From the human T2T-CHM13v2.0 reference genome, Homo sapiens, in assembly GCF_009914755.1 (NCBI RefSeq), contig NC_060938.1: a stretch of DNA of 64,000 bases, one strand, 5' to 3'. Under the pieces are notes generated by a model. It did not search any database, was not told the DNA's origin, and saw only the letters and a program-made list of their open reading frames with translations. The position numbers and the translations under genes are program-made. How positions within the stretch are numbered: the stretch's first letter is position 1; each line of letters starts with the position of its first letter. Positions 1 through 16,625 of the stretch are shown in pieces.

Positions 1-321
<321 letters not shown>

Positions 322-1714
322 ATTTTTTGTTTTTTAATTATGGCCATTGCTACAGGAGTAAGGTTGTATCATATTGTGGTTTTGATTTTCATTTCCCTGA
401 TAATTAGTGATGTTTAGCATTTTTTCATATGTTTACTGTCAATTTGTATATCTTCTTTTGAGAATTGTCTATTCATGTCCTTAGCCCACTTTTTGATGGG
501 ATTATTATTATTAATTATTTTCTTGCTGATTTGTTTTAGTTTCTTATAGATTCTAGATATTAGTCCTTTGCTGGATGCACAGTTTGTGAAGATTTTCTCT
601 GCAACCCTGTGGGTTGTTTACTCTGCTGATTATTTCTTTTGCTGTGCAGAAGTTTTTTCATTTAATTAAGTCCCATGTATTTATTTTTGTTGCATTTGCT
701 TTTGGGTTCTTGGTCATGAAATCTTTGCCTAAGCCAATGCCTAGAAGGATTTTTCCGGTATTATCTTCTAGAATTTTTATGGTTTCAGGTTAGATTTAAG
801 TCTTTGATTCATCTTGAGTTGATTTTTGTATAAGGTGAGAGATGAGGATCCAATTTTATTCTTCTACATGTGGCTTACCAATTATCCCAGCACCATTCAT
901 TGAATAGGGTGTCTTTTCCCCACTTTATGTTTTTGTTTGCTTTGTTGAAGATCAGTTGGCTGTAAGTATTTGGGTTTATTTCTGGATTCTCTGTTATGTT
1001 CCGTTGGTCTGTGTATCTGTTTTTATACCAGTACTATGCTGTTTTGGTGACTATAGCCATATAGTATAGTGTGAAGCCAGGTAATATGATGCCCCCAGAT
1101 TTTTTTCTTTTTTGCTTTGTCTTGCTTTGGCTATGTGGGCTCTTTTTTGTTTTCATATGAATTTTAGGATGGTTTTTCCTAGTTTGGTGAAGAATGATGA
1201 TGGTATTTTGATGGGAATTGCATTGAATTTATAGATTGCTTTTGGCAGTGAGGTCATTTTCACAATACTGATTTTACGCATCCATGGCATGGGATGTGTT
1301 TTCATTTGTGTCATCTGTGATTTCTTTTAGCAGTGTCTTGTAGTTTTCCTTGTAGAGGTCTTTCATGTCAATTGTTAGATATATTCCTAAGTATTTTATT
1401 TTATTTTTTTGCAGTTATTGTAAAAGGGGTTAAGTTCTTGATTTGATTCTCAGCTTGGTCGCTGTTGGTATATAGCAGAGCCACTAACTTGTGTACATTG
1501 ATTTTGTATCCAGAAACTTTACTGAATTCATTTATCAGATCTAGGAGCTTTTGGGATGAGTCTTTAGGGTTTTCTAGGTATATGATTATATATCATCAGC
1601 AAACAGCAGCAGTTTGACTTCCTCTTTACTGATTTGGATGCCCTTTATTTCTTTTCTCTTGTCTGATTGCTCTAGCTAGGACTTCCAGAACTATGTTGAA
1701 TAAAAGTGAAAGTC
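322..1714 (-). mobile_element. LINE-1 ORF2 3' fragment, antisense; continues at about 2161-2340 after two Alu insertions
   Basis: Typical antisense L1 text (atcccagcaccattcattgaatagg; tagccatatagtatagtgtgaag; ctaggacttccagaactatgttgaata); ORF 2188-2403(-) contains the L1 ORF2 peptide [30 protein letters not shown]. Confidence 0.9.
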
Positions 1715-1716
1715 AG

Positions 1717-2153
<437 letters not shown>

Positions 2154-2343
2154 CGTGCCCGGCTGAGGATTTTTACATCTCCGTTCGTCAGGGATATTGG
2201 TCTGTAGTTTTCTTTCCCTTTTTTTTTTTGGTTATATTCTTTCTGGTTTTGGGTATTAGGGTGATACTGGCTTCATAGAATGATTTAGGGAGGACTCCCT
2301 CTTTCTCTATCTTTTGTAATAGTTTCAGTAGGATTGGTGCCAA

Positions 2344-2631
2344 TTTTTTTTTTTTGAAACGGAGTCTTGCTCTGTCTCCCAGGCTGGAGTGCAGTGGCGC
2401 CATCTCGGCTCATTGCAAGCTCCGCCTCCCGGGTTCATTCTCCTGCCTCAGCCTCCTGAGTAGCTGGGACTAGAGGCGCCTGCCATCACGCCCGGCTAAT
2501 TATTTGTATTATTATTATTTTTTTTAGTAGAGATTGGGTCAGGCTGGTCCTGCACTCCCAACCTCAGGTGATCCGCCTGCCTTGGCCTCCCAAAGTGCTG
2601 GGATTACAGGCGTGAGCCACCGTGCCCCACC
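2344..2631 (-). mobile_element. Alu
   Basis: Poly-T followed by antisense Alu with small internal deletions. Confidence 0.93.
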
Positions 2632-2978
2632 TTGCAGTTACCATTTCTACCATGTGGCTAACTTGCCCGAGATTTGTAATGGTTCACTTTACTGATGACA
2701 TCAAATCCAAGCTAAGCCTAGTAAGTTACCCTGTCAGTGCCTCTTCAAAATCTCTCTATCATCATTTCTCCTGATGAGATTCTCCCATTCAGATATTGAA
2801 CTAGCTGAGCTGAGACCATTGTTTTCACACACTTGTTTATCTATTTGTCTCACTCTTTTCTCAAGTGCCTTCCCACATATTTCTACTTGCCAATGCCATT
2901 GCCCAAGTATTTTACTTCTTACGTTTACAGAAGCTGTGAGACTGCAGGAACTGTGAAAAACATCGGTATTTGTCCCAG

Positions 2979-3599
2979 TGTTACTAGGCAAAAGGGGCTT
3001 GCTGTCCAATGTGCCAGAAGCCTGTACTGTGACACTGGGTTTTTGAGAAAGTTTTCTCAAAACCCAGTGAAGGGAGTCTACTAGCTATGAGAAATATAGC
3101 CAGATGAGAATCGAGCCACTGGGTTTTTGAGTATTTTCTCAAAAACCCAGTGTCGTGATATTGGCTTTCTTTTTATTGCAAGTCGACTCACAAGGAGTCA
3201 GGAGTTCAGCTCAAATCTGTCTCTCTGTGCTGGCTTTAAGGCAGTAACTTTATTAGAAAAGCTTTAGGGAGTGGATTCTGGGAGTAGCAGGTGATTGATA
3301 TAAGGAAAGGGGTGGTCTGGAAAGTCTTCAGGCTTCCGCAGTTATCTATTCATGCCTCCTCATGGGTCCCATGTGCAAATTTGGGGGAAGTTAGTATGAA
3401 CCATGTGGTAGAAATTTAAGCTTGTTCTACACAAACTCCAGTCACCTATATTGATTCCAACCAATTTTAGCCTGTTATGTTTTCTGTCTTACAAGTGGAG
3501 GGCATGTCAGTAAGTTGTTTCTTTTCTTATCTGCAATCCTGCAAACTTGAGAATTTCTGTTAGTCATTGGTGTCTTTAACTCTTGGGGTCATGGTTTCA
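2979..3599 (-). mobile_element. Solo LTR, probably ERV1/MER4 group
   Basis: TG (2979)...CA (3599) termini flanked by a 4-bp direct repeat CCAG (2975-2978 and 3600-3603); LTR-like text; family and strand assigned from recollection only. Confidence 0.65.
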
Positions 3600-3713
3600 C
3601 CAGTCCTGAAGGATCCCTGTGCCTTGGCATCCTCATTTTTTATAACATGAGTTTGTATCTTTTGTAGGGTGGTGGAGTTTGAGATCTGTATATATGGGGT
3701 TGAATTGTTATGT

Positions 3714-4284
<571 letters not shown>

Positions 4285-4394
4285 CCTTATAGGATCTAGT
4301 ATTGGTTTACCTCACAGCGAACGAAAACTCAGCTCACTGACTATTTAATTTGTAGACTATACTAATCACTGCTGATTTGTTTCTATCTCATCAC

Positions 4395-4640
4395 AGCTCC
4401 CATTTACTGAATAGCTACACTGGGCTAGGCACTGAACTAGGTGCTGTCACATGCATTGTCCCTTATGATCTCACAGATACTTTGCAGAAGAGGGAGTGGC
4501 GCGTCCCACTTTATATTATATAGAGATGAGAGAGGGGAATCTCTGAGGGATGTAGTAACTTGCCAAGGCTACACAGCTGGTAAGTGGCAGCCGGAGATTT
4601 CAGCAAGGCCTGTCAGACTCCAAAGCCTATGTTCTTTCTA
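4395..4640 (-). mobile_element. MIR
   Basis: catttactga...ctaggcactg...gtaacttgccaaggctacacagctggtaagtggcag core. Confidence 0.7.
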
Positions 4641-5008
4641 GCACCCCACCCCGCTTTTCATGTAAACTCTTGCTCCCAGAGAATGCGTGTGCCTGTGTGG
4701 CTGTCATGTGGTTTTATAATAAATGGTTGTAATACCTGTATTTCTAGATTTCTCTCCTCATATACTTAACCCACCCAATAAGCAGCAACCTTTCAGCTTT
4801 TTAAAAAAAGACTATTTTCTATTTAATAATATTCATTTATTTACAATGTGTCAGAATTAGGAGGTATTATAAAAGCGGCCTTTGAGATCATATTCTAACC
4901 TCTGTATTTTCACAGGTAGAGCCATCATATGTGCTACTCTATTTTTGTCTCAGAAATTAAACTTTCATTGAGGTGTAAATTGGTATACTACACAGTTCTG
5001 ACCTCTGA

Positions 5009-5197
<189 letters not shown>

Positions 5198-5474
5198 TAA
5201 AAAAATTATGCTACATCAAGTACAGTAAAATCTTAACTGATTGGAAAGAGTAATTTTACTGGTTTAACTTTGCCCTTCCTCACCCCCTTCATTTTCAAAT
5301 CCCTCCCCTCATATTTGTACATACATTTTCCAACAGGTGGCTAAATATTAACTTTTATTTTTTAAATGCTTTGTAAGGAATCAAATACTTATTTCCACGC
5401 TAACTCACTGTAGTTCTTGGTTTGAGTGCATTTAAAAAATGTAAATTGATACTATTAATAATGATAACAGTTAC

Positions 5475-5769
5475 GTCGGGACGGTGGCTCACGCCTGTAA
5501 TCCCAGCACTTTATGAGGCCGAGGCAGGCGGATCACTTGAGGTCAGGAGTTCAAGACCAGCCTGACCAACATGGTGAAACCCTGTCTCTACTAAAAATAC
5601 AAAAATTAACCAGGCGTGGTGGCAGGCGCTTGTAATCCCAGCTAGTTGGGAGGCTGAGGCAGGAGAATCACTTGAACCCAGGAGATGGAGGTTTCAGTCA
5701 GCTGAGACTGCACTCCAGCCTGGGCGACATAGCAAGACTGTCTCAAAAACAAAACAATAATAATAATAA
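5475..5769 (+). mobile_element. Alu (AluS) inserted at a MIR (MIR about 5770-6000)
   Basis: Alu dimer with (AAT)n tail; MIR-like text follows. Confidence 0.9.
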
Positions 5770-8469
5770 CAGCCAGTACTTACATAGCACTTACTTTGTT
5801 CCAGGTATGATTCTGATCACTTTACATATTTTAACTCCTTTAATCCTCGAACGCTGCCTGTAGCAGGGTCACTGTTGTATTAACCCCATTTTCCCATTTT
5901 GTGGAAGTGGTGGTATATAAAAGCAAATAGCTTGTTCAAGCTCACAAGACAGAACCTGAAGGCATCTTGGCTCCAGAGTCTCTGCTCTTAACCACTCTTT
6001 AGAGTGTCTTGCACGTTTTCAACCAGAGCTTTCTCTATATAACATATCACTTTACACTTTTAAAATAGCATACTATTTATTGCAACTCCTGGGTTCAAGG
6101 GATTCTCCTGACTTAGCCTCCGGAGTAGCTGGGATTACTGCTTGGGGTGAAGAATTCTGTAAGAATTTTGTGAGAGCAGGGCAAGTACTCAGGCTTGCTG
6201 TGGGCAACAAGAAAAGTGGGGACGTTGTGTTATTTTGGGTCTCTTCATATTTAAAGACAAATCTAGTTGTAGTACTCTACACGGAGGAGAGATCAGATCT
6301 TGCTGTGTCACTTTAGAGATTCTCTTTTGGTTTGTAGTCACAGCTGCTGTCTATGAGACCTGCTGCTATTTGGAGCTTTACCCTTTGTCGTAACCATGTG
6401 AGGGGCTGGCCTGCATTTCTTAGCTTTCCATATCTTTGTACCCTAGTTTAAAATTGCTGCCTGTTTCCGCCATCCTTGTATTTGCATACAGAATTTTGCA
6501 TACATCCTTGCTGACTAGAGTTTTTTTGGTGAGTATTTGGCTGCATGGCAAAGGGATGATTTTCCTGAAGGTGGCCAAAAGCTTTGGAAAGAGCTGTGGA
6601 TGTGGTCTTTGTCATTAGTTCATCAGGACACATTCAGCTTGAAAGCTTTGAATTATCAAGAGGCAAGCAACTCATGTCTTCCAGTACAGTTGCTGTCTCC
6701 TGAAGAAGGCTGGCAGCATTCAGAACATAACTTATGAACTTTAACCAGATGAGTGTCATTTGGTTTATCCTAAATTTAATGAGTTTGGGTAAGTCTTCTG
6801 TAGTTCATGGCACTGTGTTATAAATAATAGAATAATTTCAGGTTCTGTCTGGTAGTTACTGTCTGATGTAGAAGCAAGAAGACCACAGGTGAGAGGAGAA
6901 GGAGACTGAGAAATGAGGGCTTTGGGTTAGATTACCTTAGTGCTCTTCCTAGTTTCCTGGGCATGGTGTACTTACAGTGAATGAGATCAGAGCTCCGAGT
7001 TGAGCTGCTGTGTTAATTGGTTGTATGATTTTAGGCAGTTAACTTCTTTGGTCTGAGTTGCAGCATCTTGAGAACAAGTGTGACTTTTTTTTTTTAATGA
7101 CCATTCACCTGAGGTGACTTTTTAAAGTGCCACTCCAGCTTTATCTATTATCTGATCCCCTGATGTAAGACTTAGATTACATAAGATTTTTCCATATTAT
7201 AAATATATTACAGAATTATTCACACTGGGAAATGAGTTGCTTCTGTAGTCTACTTCTTTGGGAATAGCTTTATATTTAACTTTTAAGCTAGTAGTTGCAA
7301 AATTTTAATTCTATATATTACGTCATATGAGACTGCAGTGCATTATACGAGATCATGAGTGGTAAGCTTAGCATAGAGCATAGCCATAGCATATGTGGAA
7401 TTGTTGACAAGCGTTAAGTTTTGGATTATGGTTGATTTTAGCCTTCAGTGTGGAGCTTCCTATTCAGTTCTAAGTGGGTTGGCCTGCTAACCTACATTTT
7501 AAATACAGCACTGTCCCTTATTGAGACTACAAATACACCTCCTTTCCCTTTCAGTGTAATATTTTTATTTCAGGTTTCAAGATTTTAACTTCTAAATGCT
7601 AAAAATATTACTGAATACTTGAAAACAAATTTCACTGTGTAACCCTTTTAGCTGTTTCTTCTGGATTAAGGGTAGTGTAGGATTCAGTTTTCCTAGAATC
7701 TTTAGAAGACTGTAAAATTGGTGATAAATTCTCAGTTCAGTTCTTATGAAAAAGATATGGATTCATATTATAAATATATATTAGAGAAAAAATAGGGAGC
7801 TAAACTTGGAACAGATTGGATTTCCCAAAGAGGACTCTGGGGAAAGCTATCTTTATTTGCCACTGTAGCAAATTAAGAGCACACAGTGAACTGTTCTAAC
7901 ACTGAATGCCATTTGAAGAGTAAAACAAAAGAACTAGCCATGGCTTCCTCATCTGTTGCCTGAATGGTTGGCTTCTTTAAATAATTTTCCTGGCCTCTCT
8001 CCTCTCATTGAGTGATGTCACTGATGCCACAGAAAGATGAGTAATAGACTCCTGTGGTCTTAATTGGTGTGAAACTTTATGATTTGGCCTGTTTGGAATA
8101 TATTATCATCTGTTGATGATATATCATTCCCATTCATGCATTTGCTCAGTGTTACAGTAAGCTTCCTTTTATTGTGAATTTTACTGTTCATCAAGTCACA
8201 GATTTTTCTGTGACCCTAATACCAAGCAATGACATGCTTTTAAACTACTAGAATAATTTTGAAATAGTTTTAGTAGTTTTTTTGGTTATTTTTTTCTATT
8301 AAAAAATTATATATAATATATGATTATTGACAAAAAGGCAAAAAATATTATCTAAATATTACCCCCTCTTTTAATGGTAGACACTTTTAATATTTTGGTG
8401 AATATCTTTTCAAACTGTTTTCTTTGCAAATATGTACATGTAAATAAATATATGGCCCAAACAGAATTA

Positions 8470-8706
<237 letters not shown>

Positions 8707-11365
8707 TTAGGTTATTTGAGGATATTCGACATATATGACAAATGACTAACAGCACAAGTGCCAAGTGAGTAGTTGCAGTGATGAACTAATGCTGTTGAAC
8801 TTCCGATGAAGGCGAGATCAAAGCTTTTCCTCACACTAGTATTTGGAAGATCAGCTCTCTGTTACCCAAATTGATTTGAGGCTGTATTCTTCAGCTCACG
8901 CCTGGTTGGATCAGAGATTATTTGAATTACAGAAGCCAAGTCAAGCATTTTGGCCACTTGTTTTAGTAGCTGATCTCCATTAATGTTTAAGATATGTTTA
9001 ATGTTCTCTCACTCTAGCTCTTTTGCTTCCTGTTTGAAACACAGCAGTGTACTATGTCCAAAATGCTGTCATATGATATACAATTACTGCTACACGTGTT
9101 GTTTATTGAAATTTTAGACATTACAGATTCAGTAGCTTGTTCTAGCTGACGCTGGGTGATTGAAAAGGGAGAAACAGCTAGATATGGTTAAAGGTGAAGT
9201 TGTAAGCATTATGAACCTTGGGCAGATCACCACCTCTTCCTGGGCCTCAGTTTCTCTGTAGGATGAGGAAATGGAAGTTTGTAGGCCCTCTGCACAACTG
9301 GGGACTTAGGGCCGTTTTCACTTAGGATGGGAACTCTTCTACCGATTGTTGCTTATGTTACTCAGCAACTTGAATTGGAAATTTAAAATCATTTATGTGC
9401 TCTGCTGAATATAATGAGCCCATGGATGGCCCAAAGGTTAGAACAACAACAGTGTAGTAGTTAGGCAGCACACAGGAATTACTCTCTGCTCTACAATGCT
9501 CTGTAATTTACCAGTGTTGTCTCAACACTTTCAGAAAGGCATAGAATTCTATCTTTAAAAAACATTTTTTTCTAAGAATTTGAAATCATCTTTTGCAGAA
9601 ATGAATGCATCTTGCCTTTTCGTCAGTGTGAGATACTGGTATTCCCTTTAGAATGGGAATACGTATTCCTATACATATTTAACAGAAGGGTTCAATAAAA
9701 ATAGGTCATTTGAATATGTCAGCATTTTAATGTGATGAGATCTGGTGTTAGTATGTGTGCAAATTGAATTTATCTTGATGTTTATTCATAGCTTTTCTTT
9801 AATGAAGAAATCAGTATTTCATTAGCCTAAGGAAGCCTCACAACAGCCATTTGTGGTGACTTGCCTTGCGATAGGAGATCTAACCTTCCGTGGAGTACAG
9901 CATCAGAGAATGAAGAGCTGGTAAAGATGTTGCAGTGTAGCTGTTTTTTAAGTTCATCTTTAAGAAGCTACTCTGAAGGAAGAGAAGTAGATTGTAATAG
10001 CTAGCAGTTTCTAAATGACAGGCTGCCTTAGGAAAAAGTGACATGTGAGAACAACAGAAGCTTGTTATTTCAGCAGATGCTTGACTGAGGGTGCTAGGCC
10101 AGGGAAGATGCTGCCACAGAATGTCCGCCCTCTGCTTGTTCCTGCTTTCCCCTGGTGGCCACCCTCTCCCCACCCGATGCAGAGCTCCAAAGGAGGGGCT
10201 TTTGCTGGCCCCTGGGAGAAGCCATCTGATGAGCAGCAAGCAATTCCAGAGATTGTCACTGTGAAATTTTTACTTAACGCATGTTACGCACTTTGTGACT
10301 GTGTGTCTCTTCTCATTTTGGGATGACATGAAGGTGATGTTCCACACGTCTTACATCTTGCTATTTGCTGACGTTTGACTTATTGTCTTGCCTGCCTCCC
10401 CTCTGTCTAATTCTCTGTGCCGCCTCTCAAAGCCTTGCTGCGGCTAAACGCAGCCCCTTGAACGTGGTTGGCCGGGGCTCATTCCAGGTCAGAGCCCATC
10501 AGAAGCGCGCTAGAGACAATGCACCAACGGTTGGTCTTTAGTGAAGGGGATGGGTTTGGAATGCCAAGCAAGTGTGGGCTGTACTAGTATGTTTGAGAAT
10601 GAAGGAGGAATGGAAACTAAGAAAGAGAAGCTACTGTTTTGTTTTGGAAGATTATACTGGAAGGAAAACCTGCTGAAAGTGGGCTTCCACTGCTGCTGTC
10701 CTTCTGCAGGAAATTTAGGGCAGAAAGAAACATCTCTGTTTTTCCTTATGTCTGTTTCTTTGAAGGTATTAATGAATGATGAGAATTTTCAAAGCCCATA
10801 TGATAAGTAGCAAGTCCTTATGTATTCAGAAGGAAACTAATGTTTCCCGAGTGCCTTTTAAGTGCCAGGGATTCTGCTGGGACTTATATTATTCCATTTT
10901 AATAAAATAATTCTGTGAGGCAAATGATTGAAAAGAAGAGGTAGATCTGGAATCTGGGCCACACTGAGAAAGGCTGGAATATTTGAGTCCCACTTCAAGA
11001 AGCCTAGGAACATGGAGTTACATGGTGATAGAATCGTAGAACTAGGTGCCACCTCACATGTCTGTTGCATCACCCCAGCAGTAGACGGCGGTGCAGCAGA
11101 AGGCACACGGGCTGGAATTTCGATGGCCAGACTCTACCACTGGGTTCCTCTGGGCGGCTGATTCTATTTTCTTGTTTACAAAATGGGAGTGGCAGTTGTA
11201 CTTACTGCGCAGGTTTGTAGCGAGGTTTCAAAAAACTGATCCATGGAGGTGCTTTGTAAACTGTAAAGTGATGTACTAATATTTACTGATGGAGACTGTT
11301 TGCTTTCATGGATGGACACCCAAGAAGGCATTTATTCTTAGCATTTTGGTCAGCAAAAGAATTAT

Positions 11366-11432
11366 CGAGATTGCGCCACTGCAGTCCAGCTGGGCGACAG
11401 AGCGAGACTCCATCTCAAAAAAAAAAAAAAAA
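11366..11432 (+). mobile_element. 5'-truncated Alu (3' end only)
   Basis: cgagattgcgccactgcagtccagctgggcgacagagcgagactccatctc plus poly-A. Confidence 0.85.
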
Positions 11433-12271
11433 GCATTATATATTTGCTTTTATATACATTTGGCTGTAGGTCTCTTGGTTTCTATCACTTCACTGTTCTT
11501 TTCCTCCATTTTCAGAATTGTTTCCTTTCTGTGACAGATATTCAGTGATAACCTTCTGTGTGCCAGGCCCTCTATTAGATGTTGGAGACAGGGAGGTAAA
11601 TAACACAGATAAGTTCTTGTCCTTTTTGAAATGAAACACTGAAACTGTACAATTGATTACTGTTTGTTTTTCCTATGGGCATAAGTGACCCAAGCCTAAC
11701 TGACTTCTTATGTTTCTGACATACATATATTTTAAACAAGTGTTAGGCTCTTTACATACTGTTAATGCCAACTGTTCAGATACGTTGGCTGTAACTACTG
11801 AATTGAAGATACTGTGAGAAACATGGATTGTGTGGGTCTTTCCATAAGGTAAACCTGGTTTTGTGGCCCCTTCAAGGGCAGCGGTGGGACTGTGGAATTG
11901 GCATCTGTGTGGTGCTGTGCAGCTGATTGTTACTTGAGCGTTAAACTGTTCGCCTACACATGAAGTGTGGGCAGTTGAAGGTGTTTGAAAATCACTGTGT
12001 GGTATTTTTGTCATTAGACCCACCCAGTTATTTCCCATTATGTTGAAGAAAATTTTGGTTACATAGTTGAGCTTTGTTCAAAAGGTGAATATCAGCTCTG
12101 ATTGGCCAAGGTCTCTTTTCATCTTCAGTGCCTCCCCCCACAACACCCCCCTCCGGTTTCACCAGGGTGACAAGCAGATGTGGTCCAGCCCCAGGCCCTG
12201 GACTGTGGACTAATCAATCCCTAACAGGCACTAGCAGCCCCAAGCCTGACTAGGTTAAAAGTTCCACCAAG

Positions 12272-12640
<369 letters not shown>

Positions 12641-14187
12641 CTAGTCGTTCCACTTCTTTTCTAGTAGGTGATCCTTTGTGGCCCTTGGAAGTAATTTCTT
12701 GGCCACTTTTGGTCCCTGTTTTGGTTGTCTGAGATGTGGTCAAGAGGAATGATAATAGCACTACAGTCGTTCTCTTCTGATTTTCAAAATGGCTTATGGC
12801 AACCTTTGATGTTACTCAGACTGCTCCAGCTAGTTTTGATTAATTCATTCAGGCTGTCAGTGACTCAGCAGCCTCCTGGCTTCTTTCTTGTTTTTAAAAG
12901 GAGCTGGACTTTCACAATATATGGAACATAGTTAACATATTGCAGCTAATAAGTGTGGCACATAATGATAGGCATCGGTGAAGGGGTCTGGAAGAATGTC
13001 ACACATAGGCTGGGGGGGGGCTCAGGAGGACATGACATCTCTGCTTTTGTGAATATGAGGATAGGGGACTTTTTTTGGGTGAAAGAAGGAATGGCAGGAA
13101 AGGCAAGGTGTCAGAAGCACAGGCAGCAGCCAAGGGTCTTTGGGGTAATGTATGTGGAGGGGCGGGGGTGATAAGGCCACATTGGGCAGCCTGTGAGTGC
13201 TAAGCTGTAGGCCCTGCAGAGCCGTGGCAGTGGTGGAGTGGGAGAGTGACCTAAGGCTTCCCGAAGATGTGTCTGGCAGAGTGTAGGGCGAATTGCATGT
13301 GATTGGAAATGGGTGGAAGGAGACTGGCACAGAGCTAGAGAGGCTGAGCTAAGCTGGGGAAACCCAGGCTGGATGAGGGCCCTGAAGCTGTCCTTTGGGC
13401 AGGGGTGCCAGGCAGGGGACCCAACAGAGCGCCAAGTATAAAGCTGGTTGGGGTGGGGCTTAAGGATGGGAGGAGTGGACTTAGGAGGTAGAGAGTGCTT
13501 TGGGTGTAGGCCAGGTAAGTTTCTGGTCTGCCTGCATTAGGCACTTGGTAGCTGTTAGCTATGCCAGTAAAAGGATCTTTTACTTTTCTGGCAAGACTCT
13601 GCAAGACCGGTTCTCTCTTAGGTGATTCTCAGGTGGGGATGGGGAGGGAAGATGTGAAATTTAGGGAAAATAAAACTACCTTTATTACCTACACTATTTC
13701 CACCTGATTCATTTAAAATTATGTCTAAGATTATAATTTGACACACATTTTTCAAAAGAGCTCTGAGATATTTTTCATACCACATCAGATGCTTCTGGGC
13801 ACTGAGGAGTTTTATCAAGTAAAACTTTACCAGGCCTATGTGATGTGACATGGCTGTTGCCTGTGATGCCACAGGCTTCCCAAAGCCCCCTACTGAGGCC
13901 CACTAAGTTGGTGGGAACCAGGCTGCAAGCTTTTTGCCTTTGGTGGAATAGCCCCTCTCGGGTTCAAGTCCTTCCTCCACATTTCTGTCCACTCAGCAGC
14001 ATTCCTGAGGGAAGAGTGGGCAGGCAGGGCTATGGTGAAGGCATGAACTGGAACTGGAGGGCTTCTTTTGCAGACCCTTTGTGGTACTGGAAAGAAATTC
14101 CTCAAGGACCTATAGGCTCATTAGTGCCATGCTAAACTGACCCAGCTGACTCTGAATTTCAGTAGTATTGTTCCAGAAAAAAATTCC

Positions 14188-14497
14188 AGCCAGGCATGGT
14201 GACTTACATCTGTAATCCCAGCACTTTGGGAGGCTGAGATGTGAGGGTTCTTGGAGCCTAGGAGTTTGATACCAGCCTGGGCAACATGGCAAGACACTGT
14301 CTCTACAGAAAATTAAAAAAAAAAAATTAGTTGGGCATGGTGGCACGCATCTGTGTCCCAGCTACTTGAGAGGCTGAGGCAGGAGAATCAGTTGAGCCCA
14401 GGAAGTTGAGGCTGTAGTGAGCTGTATTTGCATCACTGTACTCCAGTCTGGGCAGCAGAGCGAGACCCTGTTTCAAAAAAAAAAAAAAAAAAAAAAA
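14188..14497 (+). mobile_element. Alu (AluJ-like)
   Basis: Diverged dimer; aaaattccag flanks both ends. Confidence 0.92.
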
Positions 14498-14531
14498 TTC
14501 CAGAGATCTTAAGGATGAAAAGTCTAAGGAA

Positions 14532-14864
<333 letters not shown>

Positions 14865-15791
14865 TTACATTTAAAAATGTTTACTTACTGATCGAGGCTT
14901 TGGTAACTAGTTGTTTCTTTAGTAGGAATTTTAAAACTATCACTTAAAATTTTTCTATTAAGTTGAGAACTTAATAAGTATGATGAGACTGTCAAATTAT
15001 TTGTAATCAGTAACTCCTTATGCAAACTCATGAGCATAATGATAAAATTTAAACTTTCCATAGAAAAAATTAAGAAACAGTTGTGGTTTAATGTATTCTA
15101 CAAATACTTAGCCTCTGTGCCAGGCTGGATACCTCTGCTGGGGCTGAAGACCAAATACCCGATTCTTAAAATGGATAAGAATGTTTAATAAATTGGTTCT
15201 TCTATAAATTCATGTTTATCTGTCAGAATCTGAGTGGAAAAAAACTTACGGTGAAGAACTTAGGTAATTGATAATAATTGGGATGCAAACCATTTTTTGA
15301 AATCTCAGTGTGTAGAATCTATCAGAAAGCTGAAAAAAACTAATTTTGTGGAACTATACAGTGGTAACTGTTTAATAAAGTTCTCCTTAAAAGAGTTTTT
15401 ATTATAATTTTATTTTAATTGATTATAACAGACATAAAACAATTCTGAAATCATATAAGTGATTAAATATTAAATGTTGTGGAATGAATTAAGTACTTGA
15501 GAATTCAGATACAGGAGCAGCACAAAGAATGGTTGGGAAAATCCTTGCTGTGGGCGGTGGGACGTGAACTGACGGGCACGATTCCTGGGGAGGTGGGCAA
15601 AGGAGACTGTCCCTACCAAGAGGGTGACGTAAGCCAAGAAAGAGGGGCTGTCTGCTCTGGCCATTGCTTATGAGTTGTGTGGAGGGCCAGTGAAGGGTGG
15701 AGAGGCAAGATGGTGTAGAGCTGATAAGAGCACAGCCTCATGACCCTGAACTTCCTTCCAGGTCCCTCATCAATGTAATGTGGATACATTA

Positions 15792-16205
<414 letters not shown>

Positions 16206-16320
16206 GTGTTGACTAGACAGAAGGTGATATTGCTGTTGGGGAGGATGGGGCTGAACCCTGGAGGGCAGGGGTGCTAGGTACTTTTTCCTACATTGACTTG
16301 ATAGAAATTAGGAGGCCACA

Positions 16321-16625
16321 GGCCAGGTGTGGTGGCTCACGCCTGTAATCCCAGCACTTTGGGAGGCTGAGGCGGGCAGATCACTTGAGGTCAGGAGTTC
16401 GAGACCAGCATGGCCAACATGGTAAAACCCTGTCTCTACTGAAAATACAAAAATTAGCCGGGCATGTTGGTGCATGCCTGTAATCCCAGCTGCTGAGGAG
16501 GCTGAGGCACAAGAATTGCTTGAACCTGGAAAGTGGAGGTTACAGTGAGCTGAAGTCATGCCAGTGCACTGTAGCCTTGGCAACAGAGCGAGACTCTATC
16601 TCAAAAAAAAAAAAAAAGAAAAAAA
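16321..16625 (+). mobile_element. Alu (AluS)
   Basis: Full dimer with A tail. Confidence 0.93.

Noticed and set aside
2632-2978. Overlapping short ORFs suggesting a processed pseudogene
   Set aside because: No recognisable protein in any frame; the ORFs run into the LTR.
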